Positions 32,345 to 42,393 of a stretch of DNA of 64,000 nucleotides are shown here, in pieces. The stretch covers positions 128,001 to 192,000 of the forward strand of contig CAWCLO010000006.1 of assembly GCA_963796455.1 (NCBI GenBank), written 5' to 3'. The position numbers and the translations under genes were made by a program. The notes under the pieces are model-generated. The model was not told the origin of the DNA. It was given only the letters and a program-made list of their open reading frames with translations, and searched no databases. Numbering within the stretch: position 1 is the stretch's first letter; the number at the start of each line of letters is the position of its first letter. Source of the stretch: Candidatus Sulfomarinibacteraceae bacterium (GTDB lineage: Bacteria > Acidobacteriota > Thermoanaerobaculia > Thermoanaerobaculales > Sulfomarinibacteraceae).

Positions 32345-32385
32345 GCCCCGCGTCCTACTCGGACGCGGGGCTCTTTGTTGTTTTT
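32345..32385 (+). terminator. Intrinsic terminator
   Basis: GCCCCGCGTCC-tactc-GGACGCGGGGC followed by a T-rich tail. Confidence 0.85.
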
Positions 32386-32522
32386 GGAGACGGACGTGTA
32401 TACAATACGACAGAGAAAGAATCTCAGTCTAACAATTTGTTTACGCGAACTCGGCAACGATTCCTTGGACGTTGCGGCCCACCACAGGATGAGCCTGGGT
32501 TCGGTGGCGCCTCGAATCATGA

Positions 32523-33899
32523 ATGGAGATGAAAATGAACTTTGACGAACTTGCAGCCGGCCTCCGAGGTGAACTGGTCACACCAAACTCCCCTGACTAT
32601 CACGATGTCCGGGCTGTTTACAACGCGATGATCGACAAGAAACCTGCGGCCATGGCCCGTTGTGTAGATGCGGCCGATGTCCAGACCTGCGTCAACTTTG
32701 CACGAGAAAACGGCATTCCATTGGCCATCCGCAGCGGCGGCCACAACGCGGGAGGCCTCGGCTCTGTGGATGACGGCCTGGTGATCGATCTATCACCCAT
32801 GCGCGGCATCAGGGTCGATGCAAAAAACAAAACGGTACGTGTCCAGGGCGGCTGCCGGTGGGGGGATGTGGATCACGCCGCCCACCCCTACGGCCTTGCA
32901 GTTCCGGCCGGGATCATCTCGACCACCGGTTGCGGAGGGCTCACCCTCGGCGGCGGAGTCGGCCACCTGACGAGAAATTTCGGTCTGACCATCGACAACC
33001 TCCTCGAGGCCGATGTCGTCCTCGCCGATGGCTCGATGGTGGTTGCCAGCGCCGACGAGAACCCGGATCTCTTCTGGGCCTTGTGTGGCGGCGGCGGCAA
33101 CTTCGGAGTCGTGACATCTTTCTTATTCCGCGGCAACCCGGTTAACACCATCTTCGGTGGACCGACACTGTGGAGCCTCGACCGCACCGAGGAGATCATG
33201 AAGTGGTACCGCGAATTCATCCTCTCCGCACCCGAGGAACTCACCGGATTCTTCGCATTTCTCACCGTTCCGCCCGGACCACCCTTTCCGGAACACCTCC
33301 ACCTCAAAAAGATGTGCGGGGTCGTCTGGTGCTATTCAGGTGACATGGCCAAAGCGGAGGAGCTCTTTGCGCCAGTTCGTGCACTCGAACCGGATCTCTA
33401 CGGCGTCCAGGAGATGCCCTTCCCGATGCTCAACTCGGCCTTCGACCCGATCTACCCGCCCGGCCACCAGTGGTATTGGCGGGCCGACTTTTTCACCGAG
33501 ATCACCGACGAAGCAATCATCGAGCACGCCAAATGGGGAGCCGACATGCCGACCATGCAGAGCTCGATGCACCTCTACCCGATCGACGGTGCTGCCCATC
33601 GGGTCGGGGCCGAGGACACGGCCTGGAGCTATCGCGAGGCCAACTGGGCGGGGGTCATCGTCGGCGTCGATCCCGATCCGGCCAACAAAGACCTGATCCG
33701 CGACTGGGCGGTCGGATACTGGGATGCGATCCACCCTTCCTCCTCCGGCGGCGCCTACATCAATTTCATGATGGAAGAGGGCCAGGAGAGAGTGCGGGCG
33801 AGCTACCGGGGCAACTACGAACGCCTGGCCCAGGTCAAAGCAAAGTACGACCCGAACAACTTTTTCAAGGTCAACCAGAACATTCACCCGAAGGGTTAG
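32523..33899 (+). CDS. FAD-binding oxidoreductase, berberine-bridge/VAO family
   Basis: RSGGHN (covalent-FAD His), GLTLGGG, GGGGNFGVVT, AYINF, KAKYDPNNFF. Confidence 0.93.
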   Translation: MEMKMNFDELAAGLRGELVTPNSPDYHDVRAVYNAMIDKKPAAMARCVDAADVQTCVNFARENGIPLAIRSGGHNAGGLGSVDDGLVIDLSPMRGIRVDAKNKTVRVQGGCRWGDVDHAAHPYGLAVPAGIISTTGCGGLTLGGGVGHLTRNFGLTIDNLLEADVVLADGSMVVASADENPDLFWALCGGGGNFGVVTSFLFRGNPVNTIFGGPTLWSLDRTEEIMKWYREFILSAPEELTGFFAFLTVPPGPPFPEHLHLKKMCGVVWCYSGDMAKAEELFAPVRALEPDLYGVQEMPFPMLNSAFDPIYPPGHQWYWRADFFTEITDEAIIEHAKWGADMPTMQSSMHLYPIDGAAHRVGAEDTAWSYREANWAGVIVGVDPDPANKDLIRDWAVGYWDAIHPSSSGGAYINFMMEEGQERVRASYRGNYERLAQVKAKYDPNNFFKVNQNIHPKG

Positions 33900-34409
33900 G
33901 GACCTTCGCCTGCAGCGTCCAAAGAGGCACGGAGAATCAAGCAGTCCCGTGAAAGTGCCCACCTGACAACATGAGGTTTACAGGTTGGTTGTTGGCATAT
34001 CCGGTTCGCGGTTTCCCCGTGTCCGCGTCCGCGTCCGTGCCCGAATTGCAGCGGCAGCGACAGTGTCCAGGGGCAGCGCCAGGGATCAGGGGCGGGGAAC
34101 AGCGATCAGTATTCAGCAATCAGCGGCAGCGATCAGATCCGTGCGAGACCTGGCGATTGCTCCACCAGATTTCTTGAACTGAGCGTTTTGTGCCATCCGT
34201 ACTGGGGAGGCTGTCGCTGAAGACGGCCGCTGATGACTGAACGCTGACGCTGAGTACTGTTCGCTGACGCTGTCTGCTGTTCGCCGTCGCTGTCCCTGAT
34301 CGTTATCCGAGACGTTGTCTTGGACACGAGTGATCCTGCATCCTGCATCCTGCATCGAGTATCGGGCGAGTGGGTGGCTCTCCGGCGTTTCGACGCCTCG
34401 GAGTGGGCT

Positions 34410-34985
34410 CTACGCCGCTTCCGTCTCGTCGGTTTCCGGCTCGACCTCCAGCACCTCGATCGCCTCGACCGCCGTCGCAATCACCGCAACCATCTCGTCA
34501 AATTCGGACCGTTCGAATCCCTGCGACTGGAAGAGGATCGTGCCGTTCGGCCCGATGACCACGTTGCGCGGGATGAAGCGCGAGGCGTACTGGCTGTAGG
34601 CGATCATCTCGGGGTCGCCGGCGACCGGAAAACTGTAATCGTGCTGATCCATGAAGGGCTGCAGGACCGTCTTATCTTCTTCGCGCCCGATTACGACCAG
34701 GGCGAAACGATCTTTGTCGAATCGCTGCCAGATTTCTGCGTCGAGGTGGGGCAGTTCTTCGCGACACGGCGGACACCAGGTGGCAAAGAAATTGACCAGA
34801 ACCACCTTGCCCCTGTGGGCTTCGAGATTGAAGGTCTCACCCTCCAGGGTCACCAGTTCGAAGGACGGCGCTGTTTGGCCGATGACCGTGATGGTGGTTT
34901 CTTCGGGTGTGAGCTCGGGTTCGCCCGCACAGGCAGATATTAGAAGAGCGACGAAGAGAATAGTGGCATTCTTGAGAATTTGCAT
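34410..34985 (-). CDS. TlpA/ResA-like thioredoxin lipoprotein
   Basis: Lipobox ISAC; NFFATWCPPCREELP; IPRNVVI. Confidence 0.9.
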   Translation of the reverse strand: MQILKNATILFVALLISACAGEPELTPEETTITVIGQTAPSFELVTLEGETFNLEAHRGKVVLVNFFATWCPPCREELPHLDAEIWQRFDKDRFALVVIGREEDKTVLQPFMDQHDYSFPVAGDPEMIAYSQYASRFIPRNVVIGPNGTILFQSQGFERSEFDEMVAVIATAVEAIEVLEVEPETDETEAA

Positions 34986-35320
34986 TGGCCCCTCCACAGA
35001 GGCGGAGACCGAAGCCCCGGCCCGCTGCGAAGTTTAGCACCCACGCTATCGCTACCTTCGACCCAAGGGTTTTTGATCGGCTTGACGCAACCGCGATCGG
35101 GACTCATATTGAATGTCAGCTCAACCAATAACTCGGCGCAAGATTGCGGGTCCTCTCCGGGATCTTCGTGACTCCAGGAACCGGGGTAACGTGCCCGCGT
35201 TTTTCTGCCCAAACAGAAAGGAGAGCCTTGGGATCTATGACCACTGATCGCCGTCGACCTCGTCGAAAATCCCTTTCATCCACATCACTTGATCGTAATG
35301 CCCAAGAAAGAGAGGAAGGA

Positions 35321-37030
35321 ATGAAGCATCGCTGTTCCGCACCCGACTTTCGACTCGGATCCGTTCTTTTGACTCTTTGTCTTTGCGCGCTGATCGCACC
35401 TCCGGTTTTCGGCCAGTCCATGGCATCGGAACCGACGACACCCTCGATCGACACCGATCTGATCGACAAGGCCGCCGGGAAGAGTGTCATGAGCCGGATC
35501 GACCCCGATTTCATCGGCCCCTATGACTTTTCAGCTCAGACCCGCCAGAAGGCGATTCACACCGGCCCCGGTTTCGAGGGCTTTGGATTTGACGACAACG
35601 CCATCGAGAACGGGGGCCCACTCTTCATTCCGCCCGATCCGATCGGCGCCGCCGGTAAGAGCCGGGTGATCGCGGTCGTCAACACCATGATCGAGGCACA
35701 CACCAAGGGCGGCAAGCTCAAGTGGCGGGATTCTCTGGCCGGCTTCTTCAGCCCGCTCAACCCGCTGAGCTTCACCTTCGATCCCAAGATCGTCTACGAC
35801 CAGTACGAGGATCGATTCGTCGTCGTGACCCTCGAGAGAGTGGCCAGCGGAAATCCGATCGACCCGGGGAACGTCTCGCGCATCCTCGTCGCGGTCTCCA
35901 AGAACGGCAACCCCAAAGGCCCCACCGCCGCCGATTGGCACTACACCGCTATCGACTCGAAGGTCCTCTTCGGGGGATTCGTCGAGCTGTGGGCGGACTA
36001 CCCCGGTTTCGAGGTGGATGAGGAGGCGATCTATATCACGGTCAACCTCTTCGCCTTTCCTTTCTACGCAGGCTACGGCGGCATGAATCTGTGGATCATC
36101 GACAAGGGGACCGGGACCGGCGGGTTCTACGACGGCGGCGCCGCCTCGGCGGGACAATACGATCCTGTCTCCGCAACCGGGGGCTTCGGCTCGACGTTGA
36201 TGCCGGCACAGGTCTACGGAGAGGGCGGTGTCGACGGCCCCGGCTCGACCCTCGGCACCTTTCTCGTTTCCTACTCCGGGCTCACCTTTGGCGGCCCCGG
36301 AGCGCCGGAGGCGCTTCAGGTCATCACCGTCGACGACCCGCTGGGAACCGCTGGCGGCCCTTACTTCAACCTGGAGTTCGTGACCGTCGGAGACATCGAG
36401 GACGTCGGAGGCATCTACGGGTTCCCGGACCTGCCCGACGCACCCCAGATGGGAACGGCGGCTCTGATCGAGGTCAACGACCGGCGGACGCTCGATGCCG
36501 TGTGGCGCGATGATTCCCTGTGGGTCACCACCACCATCATTCCGAACATCGGTGTCGACACCGGGGAAACAACCGCCCACTGGTTCCAGCTGGACACCTC
36601 AGCCGGACCCAACGCGATCGTCCTCACCGACGGCGGTGACATCGGCGGCGAGGATCTCGCGGTCGGCACCACCACCTTCTTCCCGTCGGTGGCCGTCAAC
36701 CGCGACGGGGACGCCATGTTCGGTTTTGCGGCATCTGCCGACTCGATTTACGCCGGGGCCTATGTCACCGGGCGCGAGGCAGGCGATCCGCTGACCACCG
36801 TCCAGGAAACCGAGGTCGTCAAGGCCGGGGAGGACTGGTATATCCGAACCTTTGGTGGCGGCCGAAACCGCTGGGGAGACTACAGCGGTATCGCGCTCGA
36901 TCCGACCAACGAAGATTTCGTTTGGGTATTCAACCAGTTTGCCGACCAACGCGGCACTCCCACGAGCGGAGGCGAGGACGGCCGCTGGGGGACCTATTGG
37001 ATGCGAGCCAAGTTCAAGGGCCGCAGATAG
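35321..37030 (+). CDS. Secreted hypothetical protein (RWGDYS-motif family)
   Basis: SD before ATG 35321, signal peptide, PPDP, FDPKIVYD, ADYP, RWGDYS. Confidence 0.75.
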   Translation: MKHRCSAPDFRLGSVLLTLCLCALIAPPVFGQSMASEPTTPSIDTDLIDKAAGKSVMSRIDPDFIGPYDFSAQTRQKAIHTGPGFEGFGFDDNAIENGGPLFIPPDPIGAAGKSRVIAVVNTMIEAHTKGGKLKWRDSLAGFFSPLNPLSFTFDPKIVYDQYEDRFVVVTLERVASGNPIDPGNVSRILVAVSKNGNPKGPTAADWHYTAIDSKVLFGGFVELWADYPGFEVDEEAIYITVNLFAFPFYAGYGGMNLWIIDKGTGTGGFYDGGAASAGQYDPVSATGGFGSTLMPAQVYGEGGVDGPGSTLGTFLVSYSGLTFGGPGAPEALQVITVDDPLGTAGGPYFNLEFVTVGDIEDVGGIYGFPDLPDAPQMGTAALIEVNDRRTLDAVWRDDSLWVTTTIIPNIGVDTGETTAHWFQLDTSAGPNAIVLTDGGDIGGEDLAVGTTTFFPSVAVNRDGDAMFGFAASADSIYAGAYVTGREAGDPLTTVQETEVVKAGEDWYIRTFGGGRNRWGDYSGIALDPTNEDFVWVFNQFADQRGTPTSGGEDGRWGTYWMRAKFKGRR

Positions 37031-37045
37031 TCTCTCGAAATACGC

Positions 37046-37071
37046 GGGCGCCTTCGGGCGCCCCTTTTTTT
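37046..37071 (+). terminator. Intrinsic terminator
   Basis: GGGCGCC-TTCG-GGCGCCC followed by a T7 tract. Confidence 0.9.
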
Positions 37072-37167
37072 ATCGACTGGCCGACCCTCCTCATCCCTTG
37101 ACACCTCCCGACCGCCCCTTCACATTGAGGACGCATTGAATCGACCACGACATTTCGAGGAGGCCCC

Positions 37168-38910
37168 ATGAAAGACACGAGCATCAGTTTTATGCGGTCT
37201 CTCTGCGCCGGAGAGATCGAAGAGAACGTGATCTTCCCCTTCCCCACTTTGAGCGACGACGAACGCGATCTGCTGCGTCCGGTCGTCGAGTCGGTCGACG
37301 ACCTCCTATCGGGCCACACCGAGGATTTTCGCGCCTGGGACGTCGCCGGTGAAATGCCTGCAGAGTTCGTGCAGGAGCTGCGCGATTTCGGGCTCTTCGG
37401 GTTGATCGTTCCGGAGGCGGAAGGAGGCCTCGGTCTCGGCAATATGGCCTATTCTCGGACCGTCCAACAGGTCGCCCGCCACGACGCCTCGGTGGCGGTG
37501 ACCATCGGCGCCCACTCATCGATCGGCATGCGAGGTCTCAAGCTCTACGGCACCGATGAGCAAAAGGCGAAGTACTACGAAAGACTCGCCACCGGCGAGC
37601 TGATCGCGGCCTTCTGTCTCACCGAGCCCGAAGCCGGCAGCGATGCGGCGTCGATCAAAACCCACGCCGACGAACACGACGATCACTTTCTGCTCAACGG
37701 ATCCAAATTGTGGGTGACCAACGGCGGTATCGCCGATTTCTTCACCGTTTTTGCAAAAACTGGTGAAAAGGACTCCCGTTCTCGCCTCAGCGCGTTCATC
37801 GTTACTCGAGACATGCCCGGTGTTTCGGTTGGCGCCCACGAAGACAAAATGGGAATTCGTGCCAGCTCGACGTGTTCGGTCTACTTCGAGGACGTCAAGA
37901 TACCCAAGGAAAATCTTCTCGGCCCACTCCACAGTGGTTTCAAGGTGGCGATGAACATCCTCAACAACGGCCGATCCGGACTCGCGGGCGGCTGCGTGGG
38001 TGGCATGAAGACCCTGATTGCACTCGCTGCAAAATACGCTATGGACCGCCACCAATTCGGCCAGCCGATCGGCAGCTTCGGCCTCATCAAGCAAAAGATC
38101 GGCCACATGGTGGTCGATTGTTATGCCACTGAAAGTGCCGTTCAAATGGTCGCCGCTCTGGCCGATCAGGAGTACGACGACTTTTCGGTCGAGGCTGCAA
38201 TCACCAAGATCTTTGCCACCGAGTCTCTGTGGCGTTCAGCGGACGAGGCCCTCCAAACCGCCGGCGGCACCGGATACATGCGCGAATACCCCTATGAGCG
38301 CGTGGTCCGTGACAGCCGGATCAATCGACTCTACGAAGGAACAAACGATATCCTCCGTCTCTATGTCGCCCTGACCGCCCTCAACGATGTCGGCCAACGG
38401 CTCAAAGAAATGGCAGGTTCGCTGCGCGGCATTTTTGACGATCCCATCAAAGGGTTTGGCCTGCTCTATGAATACGCCAAGAATCGCGCCACCTGGGCGA
38501 CAGGCCTCTCGGTGGCCGGCCCCGGTATGTCGAAGGCCCATGTCGAACTGAGGGCGGAGGCCGACGTCTTCGAAGACACCGCTCGAGACCTCGCGGCAAT
38601 GGTCGATCGACTGTTGCGCAAGCACGGTAAGGACATCATCGGCAAACAGTTCGCCACTCGAAGGCTTGCCGATGTCATGATCGATCTTTTTGTCCTCGGA
38701 TGCGTCATCAGCAGGGTGACGGCGGCGATCGAGGCAAATGGGCCCGATGAGGCGGCCGAGGAGATCGAGATCGCTCGGGTGTTCGCCGCCAAGGTCCGGG
38801 GACGAGCCCGCCGGAACTTCCGTAAGATCGACAACAACGATGACGAGCTCATCAAGAACCTCGCGGAGGCCGCCTACGAGCGCGGCGGTTATGGCTGGGA
38901 CGTTCTGTGA
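37168..38910 (+). CDS. Acyl-CoA dehydrogenase, long VLCAD/ACAD9-like form
   Basis: FCLTEPEAGSDA, NGSKLWVTNG, KMGIRAS, RHQFG, LYEGTNDIL, C-terminal extension. Confidence 0.93.
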   Translation: MKDTSISFMRSLCAGEIEENVIFPFPTLSDDERDLLRPVVESVDDLLSGHTEDFRAWDVAGEMPAEFVQELRDFGLFGLIVPEAEGGLGLGNMAYSRTVQQVARHDASVAVTIGAHSSIGMRGLKLYGTDEQKAKYYERLATGELIAAFCLTEPEAGSDAASIKTHADEHDDHFLLNGSKLWVTNGGIADFFTVFAKTGEKDSRSRLSAFIVTRDMPGVSVGAHEDKMGIRASSTCSVYFEDVKIPKENLLGPLHSGFKVAMNILNNGRSGLAGGCVGGMKTLIALAAKYAMDRHQFGQPIGSFGLIKQKIGHMVVDCYATESAVQMVAALADQEYDDFSVEAAITKIFATESLWRSADEALQTAGGTGYMREYPYERVVRDSRINRLYEGTNDILRLYVALTALNDVGQRLKEMAGSLRGIFDDPIKGFGLLYEYAKNRATWATGLSVAGPGMSKAHVELRAEADVFEDTARDLAAMVDRLLRKHGKDIIGKQFATRRLADVMIDLFVLGCVISRVTAAIEANGPDEAAEEIEIARVFAAKVRGRARRNFRKIDNNDDELIKNLAEAAYERGGYGWDVL

Positions 38911-39752
38911 AAAACCGCACCATCGCACTCGTCTTTTCGGTTTTCCTGGTTGGCGCCACGGCCGCTGAGGATCCCAAGCACACCGCGGCTGCAATCGACA
39001 GTTACAAAACCGCCTGGTCGGGTGCGATCGACATGGTGACCCCTGGCGGCTATCTCTATGAAGAACTGCGGCGCTGCGCCGGCTGCCACGAGACCGCCAA
39101 GGACGGCCAGGGCCGGTCCACACACCGCAACGCCATCGGCATCACCGGCGAGTCCGAAGCACCGGAAATAACCGGCAAGGGGTGGCTGAGCGGGGGTCAC
39201 GGACGGAGCCAGGATCCCGAGATCGTCTCGAATACCCACTGCGCCTGGTGCCACGCACCGAGCCAACCCGGGGTCACCGCCGACATCGCGGCCGCCAAAC
39301 CGATTGATGGCGGCCGGGTCGGGGTCAGCTGCATCGCCTGTCACGCCTCAGAGGCCGTCAATGACGAGTTCGGCTCCTACCAGGCAAACTTCCGACCGGG
39401 AGGCGACCGGGACAGCTTGGTGGATTTTGTTCCACGAAGCTCTGAGAGCGGGGTCGAGACCAACGGCCAGTGTCTCTTCTGTCATCTTCGGCAGCACGAG
39501 TTCACGGTAGAACACCACGGCGCCATGGTGGCCGGCGGCGACCTGCTGTGCATCGACTGCCACATGGCGGTCTACAACATCACCGATTCGGGACGCGCGG
39601 AGCGATACCACAACATGAGGGTGGCGGAAAACCGTGACGCCGCAACCTGTCGGCCGTGCCACCACTTCAAACCCGATGAAATGGCCGAGAAATGCAAACA
39701 GCTGGTGCCCGATCAGGCTTCGACCGTGCACGCCGTACCGGCCTTCGAGTAA
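38907..39752 (+). CDS. Periplasmic multiheme cytochrome c (6 CxxCH)
   Basis: Signal peptide; CAGCH, CAWCH, CIACH, CLFCH, CIDCH, CRPCH. Confidence 0.9.
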   Translation: MKNRTIALVFSVFLVGATAAEDPKHTAAAIDSYKTAWSGAIDMVTPGGYLYEELRRCAGCHETAKDGQGRSTHRNAIGITGESEAPEITGKGWLSGGHGRSQDPEIVSNTHCAWCHAPSQPGVTADIAAAKPIDGGRVGVSCIACHASEAVNDEFGSYQANFRPGGDRDSLVDFVPRSSESGVETNGQCLFCHLRQHEFTVEHHGAMVAGGDLLCIDCHMAVYNITDSGRAERYHNMRVAENRDAATCRPCHHFKPDEMAEKCKQLVPDQASTVHAVPAFE

Positions 39753-39905
39753 GCACCGCGGGCGCAGCCGCCGGGAATGCAGAAAAACCCATCGCAGTTT
39801 GTATCTGTCAGAGCCCAGCAATCCGAGACCTGAAGACGCGCAAAGCCAAAGAACCTCTCCTTCTCGCGCGCTCGAAGTGTCTCTCGACATGCCCTTGGAG
39901 ACCAC

Positions 39906-40523
39906 ATGAAGCTCTACTATCACCCGATTTCCGACAACTGCCGCCGGGTTTTGGCGACCATCTATGAACTCGATCGCGAAGACGTGGAACTCGAGGTCGT
40001 CGACCTCTTCAAAGGAGAGCACCAGACGCCCGAATTTCTGGCCCTCAATCCGAACGGCAAGGTTCCGGTTCTCGTCGACGGCGAGGTCTCGATGTGGGAG
40101 TCGATTGCCATCATGCAATACCTGTCTGGGGAAAGCAACCTTTGGCCTCAGAGCAAGTTACGCTACGACATCATCCGCTGGCAGGTCTGGTCGGTCGCCC
40201 ATTTCGGATCAGCCATCGACAAGATCGTCTTCGAACGCTTGATCAAAAAGACCATGGGAATCGGTATGCCCAACGAGGGAACGGTCGAAGCGGCGGTCGC
40301 CGATTTCAAACGCTATGCCGCGGTTCTCAACGGCCACCTCGAAGGGCGCGATTGGTTGGTTGGCGACAACATCACCCTGGCTGATCTTTCGGTGGCAGCC
40401 AAGTTGACATACGCTCCCGCAGTGGCCGTTTCGATCGGCCCCTTCGACAACATCGATCGCTGGTACGGTGCGATCGAAGCGCGGGATTCGTGGCAGAAAT
40501 CTGCGCCGCCCGACATGAGCTGA
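39906..40523 (+). CDS. Glutathione S-transferase family protein
   Basis: LNPNGKVPVL, ESIAIMQYL, ITLADL. Confidence 0.93.
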   Translation: MKLYYHPISDNCRRVLATIYELDREDVELEVVDLFKGEHQTPEFLALNPNGKVPVLVDGEVSMWESIAIMQYLSGESNLWPQSKLRYDIIRWQVWSVAHFGSAIDKIVFERLIKKTMGIGMPNEGTVEAAVADFKRYAAVLNGHLEGRDWLVGDNITLADLSVAAKLTYAPAVAVSIGPFDNIDRWYGAIEARDSWQKSAPPDMS

Positions 40524-40615
40524 AAAAAATCGCCGCATCGATACTGTGACAATGGCTCCAGTGTCACACCACTCGAAGCGGGGAACGGGTAAACTCCTTC
40601 GTCGAAGGAGGGACC

Positions 40616-41848
40616 ATGAAATCCAAATTGACCCTTATTGCGGCCTTGGTGCCGTTTGCACTGCTTGCCGGATGTCAACCACAGGCCACACCCACTGAAC
40701 CGACGACGCCTGTCGAGGTCGACTATCAAGCAGAGGCGAATCGCCTCGCCCAGGAACTCCTGATCATCGACACTCATATCGATGTCCCCTACCGGTTGCA
40801 CGACAACCCGGAAGATGTCTCCGTCAGAACCGAGGGCGGCCACTTCGATCTCGTGCGAGCAAGAGAGGGTGGACTGGACGCGGCCTTCATGTCGATTTAC
40901 GTGCCGGCGGAACTCCAGAACAACGGTGGCGCCAAGGAGCTTGCCGACGAGCTCATCGACCTCGTCGAGGAGATGGAGGCCACCGCACCGGATGGCTTCG
41001 CCATCGCCCGGACAGTTGCTGAGATTCGGGAGAACTTTGACCGCAAGGTCTTCTCACTTCCCATGGGCATCGAGAACGGCGGAGCAATCGAAGATGACCT
41101 CTCAGCGCTGCAGCATTTCTACGACCGGGGAGTACGGTATGTGACCCTGACCCATTCCGAATCCAATCTGATCTGCGACTCGTCCTACGCCGAGGAACGC
41201 ACATGGAACGGCCTCAGCCCCTTTGGTGAGGAAGTCGTCGCCGAAATGAACCGTCTTGGCATCATGGTCGACATCTCCCACGTGACGGATGAGACCTTCT
41301 ACGACGTGATCGAAATGACCGACGTTCCGGTCATCGCATCCCATTCCTGCCTGCGGACTTTCACACCCGGCTTCGAACGCAATATGGACGACGAAATGGT
41401 CAAGGCCCTGGCCGCAAACGGCGGGGTCATCCAGATTGCCTTTGGTTCCGGCTTCCTCGCCGAAGAGGCCCAGAAACAGTCGATGGAACTGTGGGCAACC
41501 ATGCGTCAATTCATGACCGAAAACGATGTCGCCATGGGCAGCGACGAGTTTCGCGCCCGGATCAAGCAATTCTACGAAGAAAACCCCAAGGCCACTGCGA
41601 CCATCTCCGACCTCGCCGACCACATCGACCATGTGGTGAAGCTGGTTGGAATCGACCACGTCGGTCTCGGTTCGGATTATGACGGCGTTTCCGACCTGCC
41701 GGCCGGGCTCGAGGATGTTTCCGGCTTCCCGAATCTGCTCGAAGAACTGCTCCGACGCGGCTACACCGAAGAGGACCTGCGGAAAGTCTGCGGTGAGAAT
41801 CTGCTGCGGGTCTGGTCCGAAGTCGAACAAGCCGCCGCCACCAGTTGA
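40616..41848 (+). CDS. Membrane dipeptidase (peptidase M19), lipoprotein
   Basis: Lipobox LAGC; DTHID, ENG, TLTH, VDISH, ASHS, GLGSDYDG. Confidence 0.92.
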   Translation: MKSKLTLIAALVPFALLAGCQPQATPTEPTTPVEVDYQAEANRLAQELLIIDTHIDVPYRLHDNPEDVSVRTEGGHFDLVRAREGGLDAAFMSIYVPAELQNNGGAKELADELIDLVEEMEATAPDGFAIARTVAEIRENFDRKVFSLPMGIENGGAIEDDLSALQHFYDRGVRYVTLTHSESNLICDSSYAEERTWNGLSPFGEEVVAEMNRLGIMVDISHVTDETFYDVIEMTDVPVIASHSCLRTFTPGFERNMDDEMVKALAANGGVIQIAFGSGFLAEEAQKQSMELWATMRQFMTENDVAMGSDEFRARIKQFYEENPKATATISDLADHIDHVVKLVGIDHVGLGSDYDGVSDLPAGLEDVSGFPNLLEELLRRGYTEEDLRKVCGENLLRVWSEVEQAAATS

Positions 41849-41867
41849 TAGGAAGGGAAAAACAACC

Positions 41868-42347
41868 ATGAAGACACAACAAGTACTTTCGATCGCCGCC
41901 GTTCTGGCGCTCGCCCTCGGTTGCGGGGGTGCGCCGACCGAAACTGCCGCCCCGCCCGAGACTGCAGCGGAGAATGTTCCGGCGCCCGAACCAGTGGTCG
42001 AGGCTCGAAACGACCAGGTCTTTGTCTGCAGCTGCGGTGAAGATTGTGACTGCAACACCATCGCCGTCGCCGAGGGCACATGTACCTGCGGCACCGAATT
42101 GGCCGCGGCCCACGTGGTCAAGGTCAAAGGAGATGATGCGCTGCTCTGCACCTGTGCTTCGGAATGCATCTGCGAGATCGACGCCGAAGACGAGAACAAA
42201 TGCTCCTGTGGAGCAGATCTGCGCACAGTCAGCCTCGTCGGTACCGGACTGTATTTCTGCAGGTGCGGCGGCGAGTGCACGTGCAATTTCGTGTCGTCAG
42301 AACCCGGTACATGCACCTGTGGAATGGAGCTCATCACCAGCTCCTGA
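41868..42347 (+). CDS. Cys-rich lipoprotein with three CxCxxxCxC-x(8-9)-CxCG repeats
   Basis: ATG 41868, lipobox ALGC, 18 Cys in three modules. Confidence 0.8.
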   Translation: MKTQQVLSIAAVLALALGCGGAPTETAAPPETAAENVPAPEPVVEARNDQVFVCSCGEDCDCNTIAVAEGTCTCGTELAAAHVVKVKGDDALLCTCASECICEIDAEDENKCSCGADLRTVSLVGTGLYFCRCGGECTCNFVSSEPGTCTCGMELITSS

Positions 42348-42393
42348 ACATACCCGGCGAACCTGATTCCGCGCCAACCGACGGAGGTGGCTC

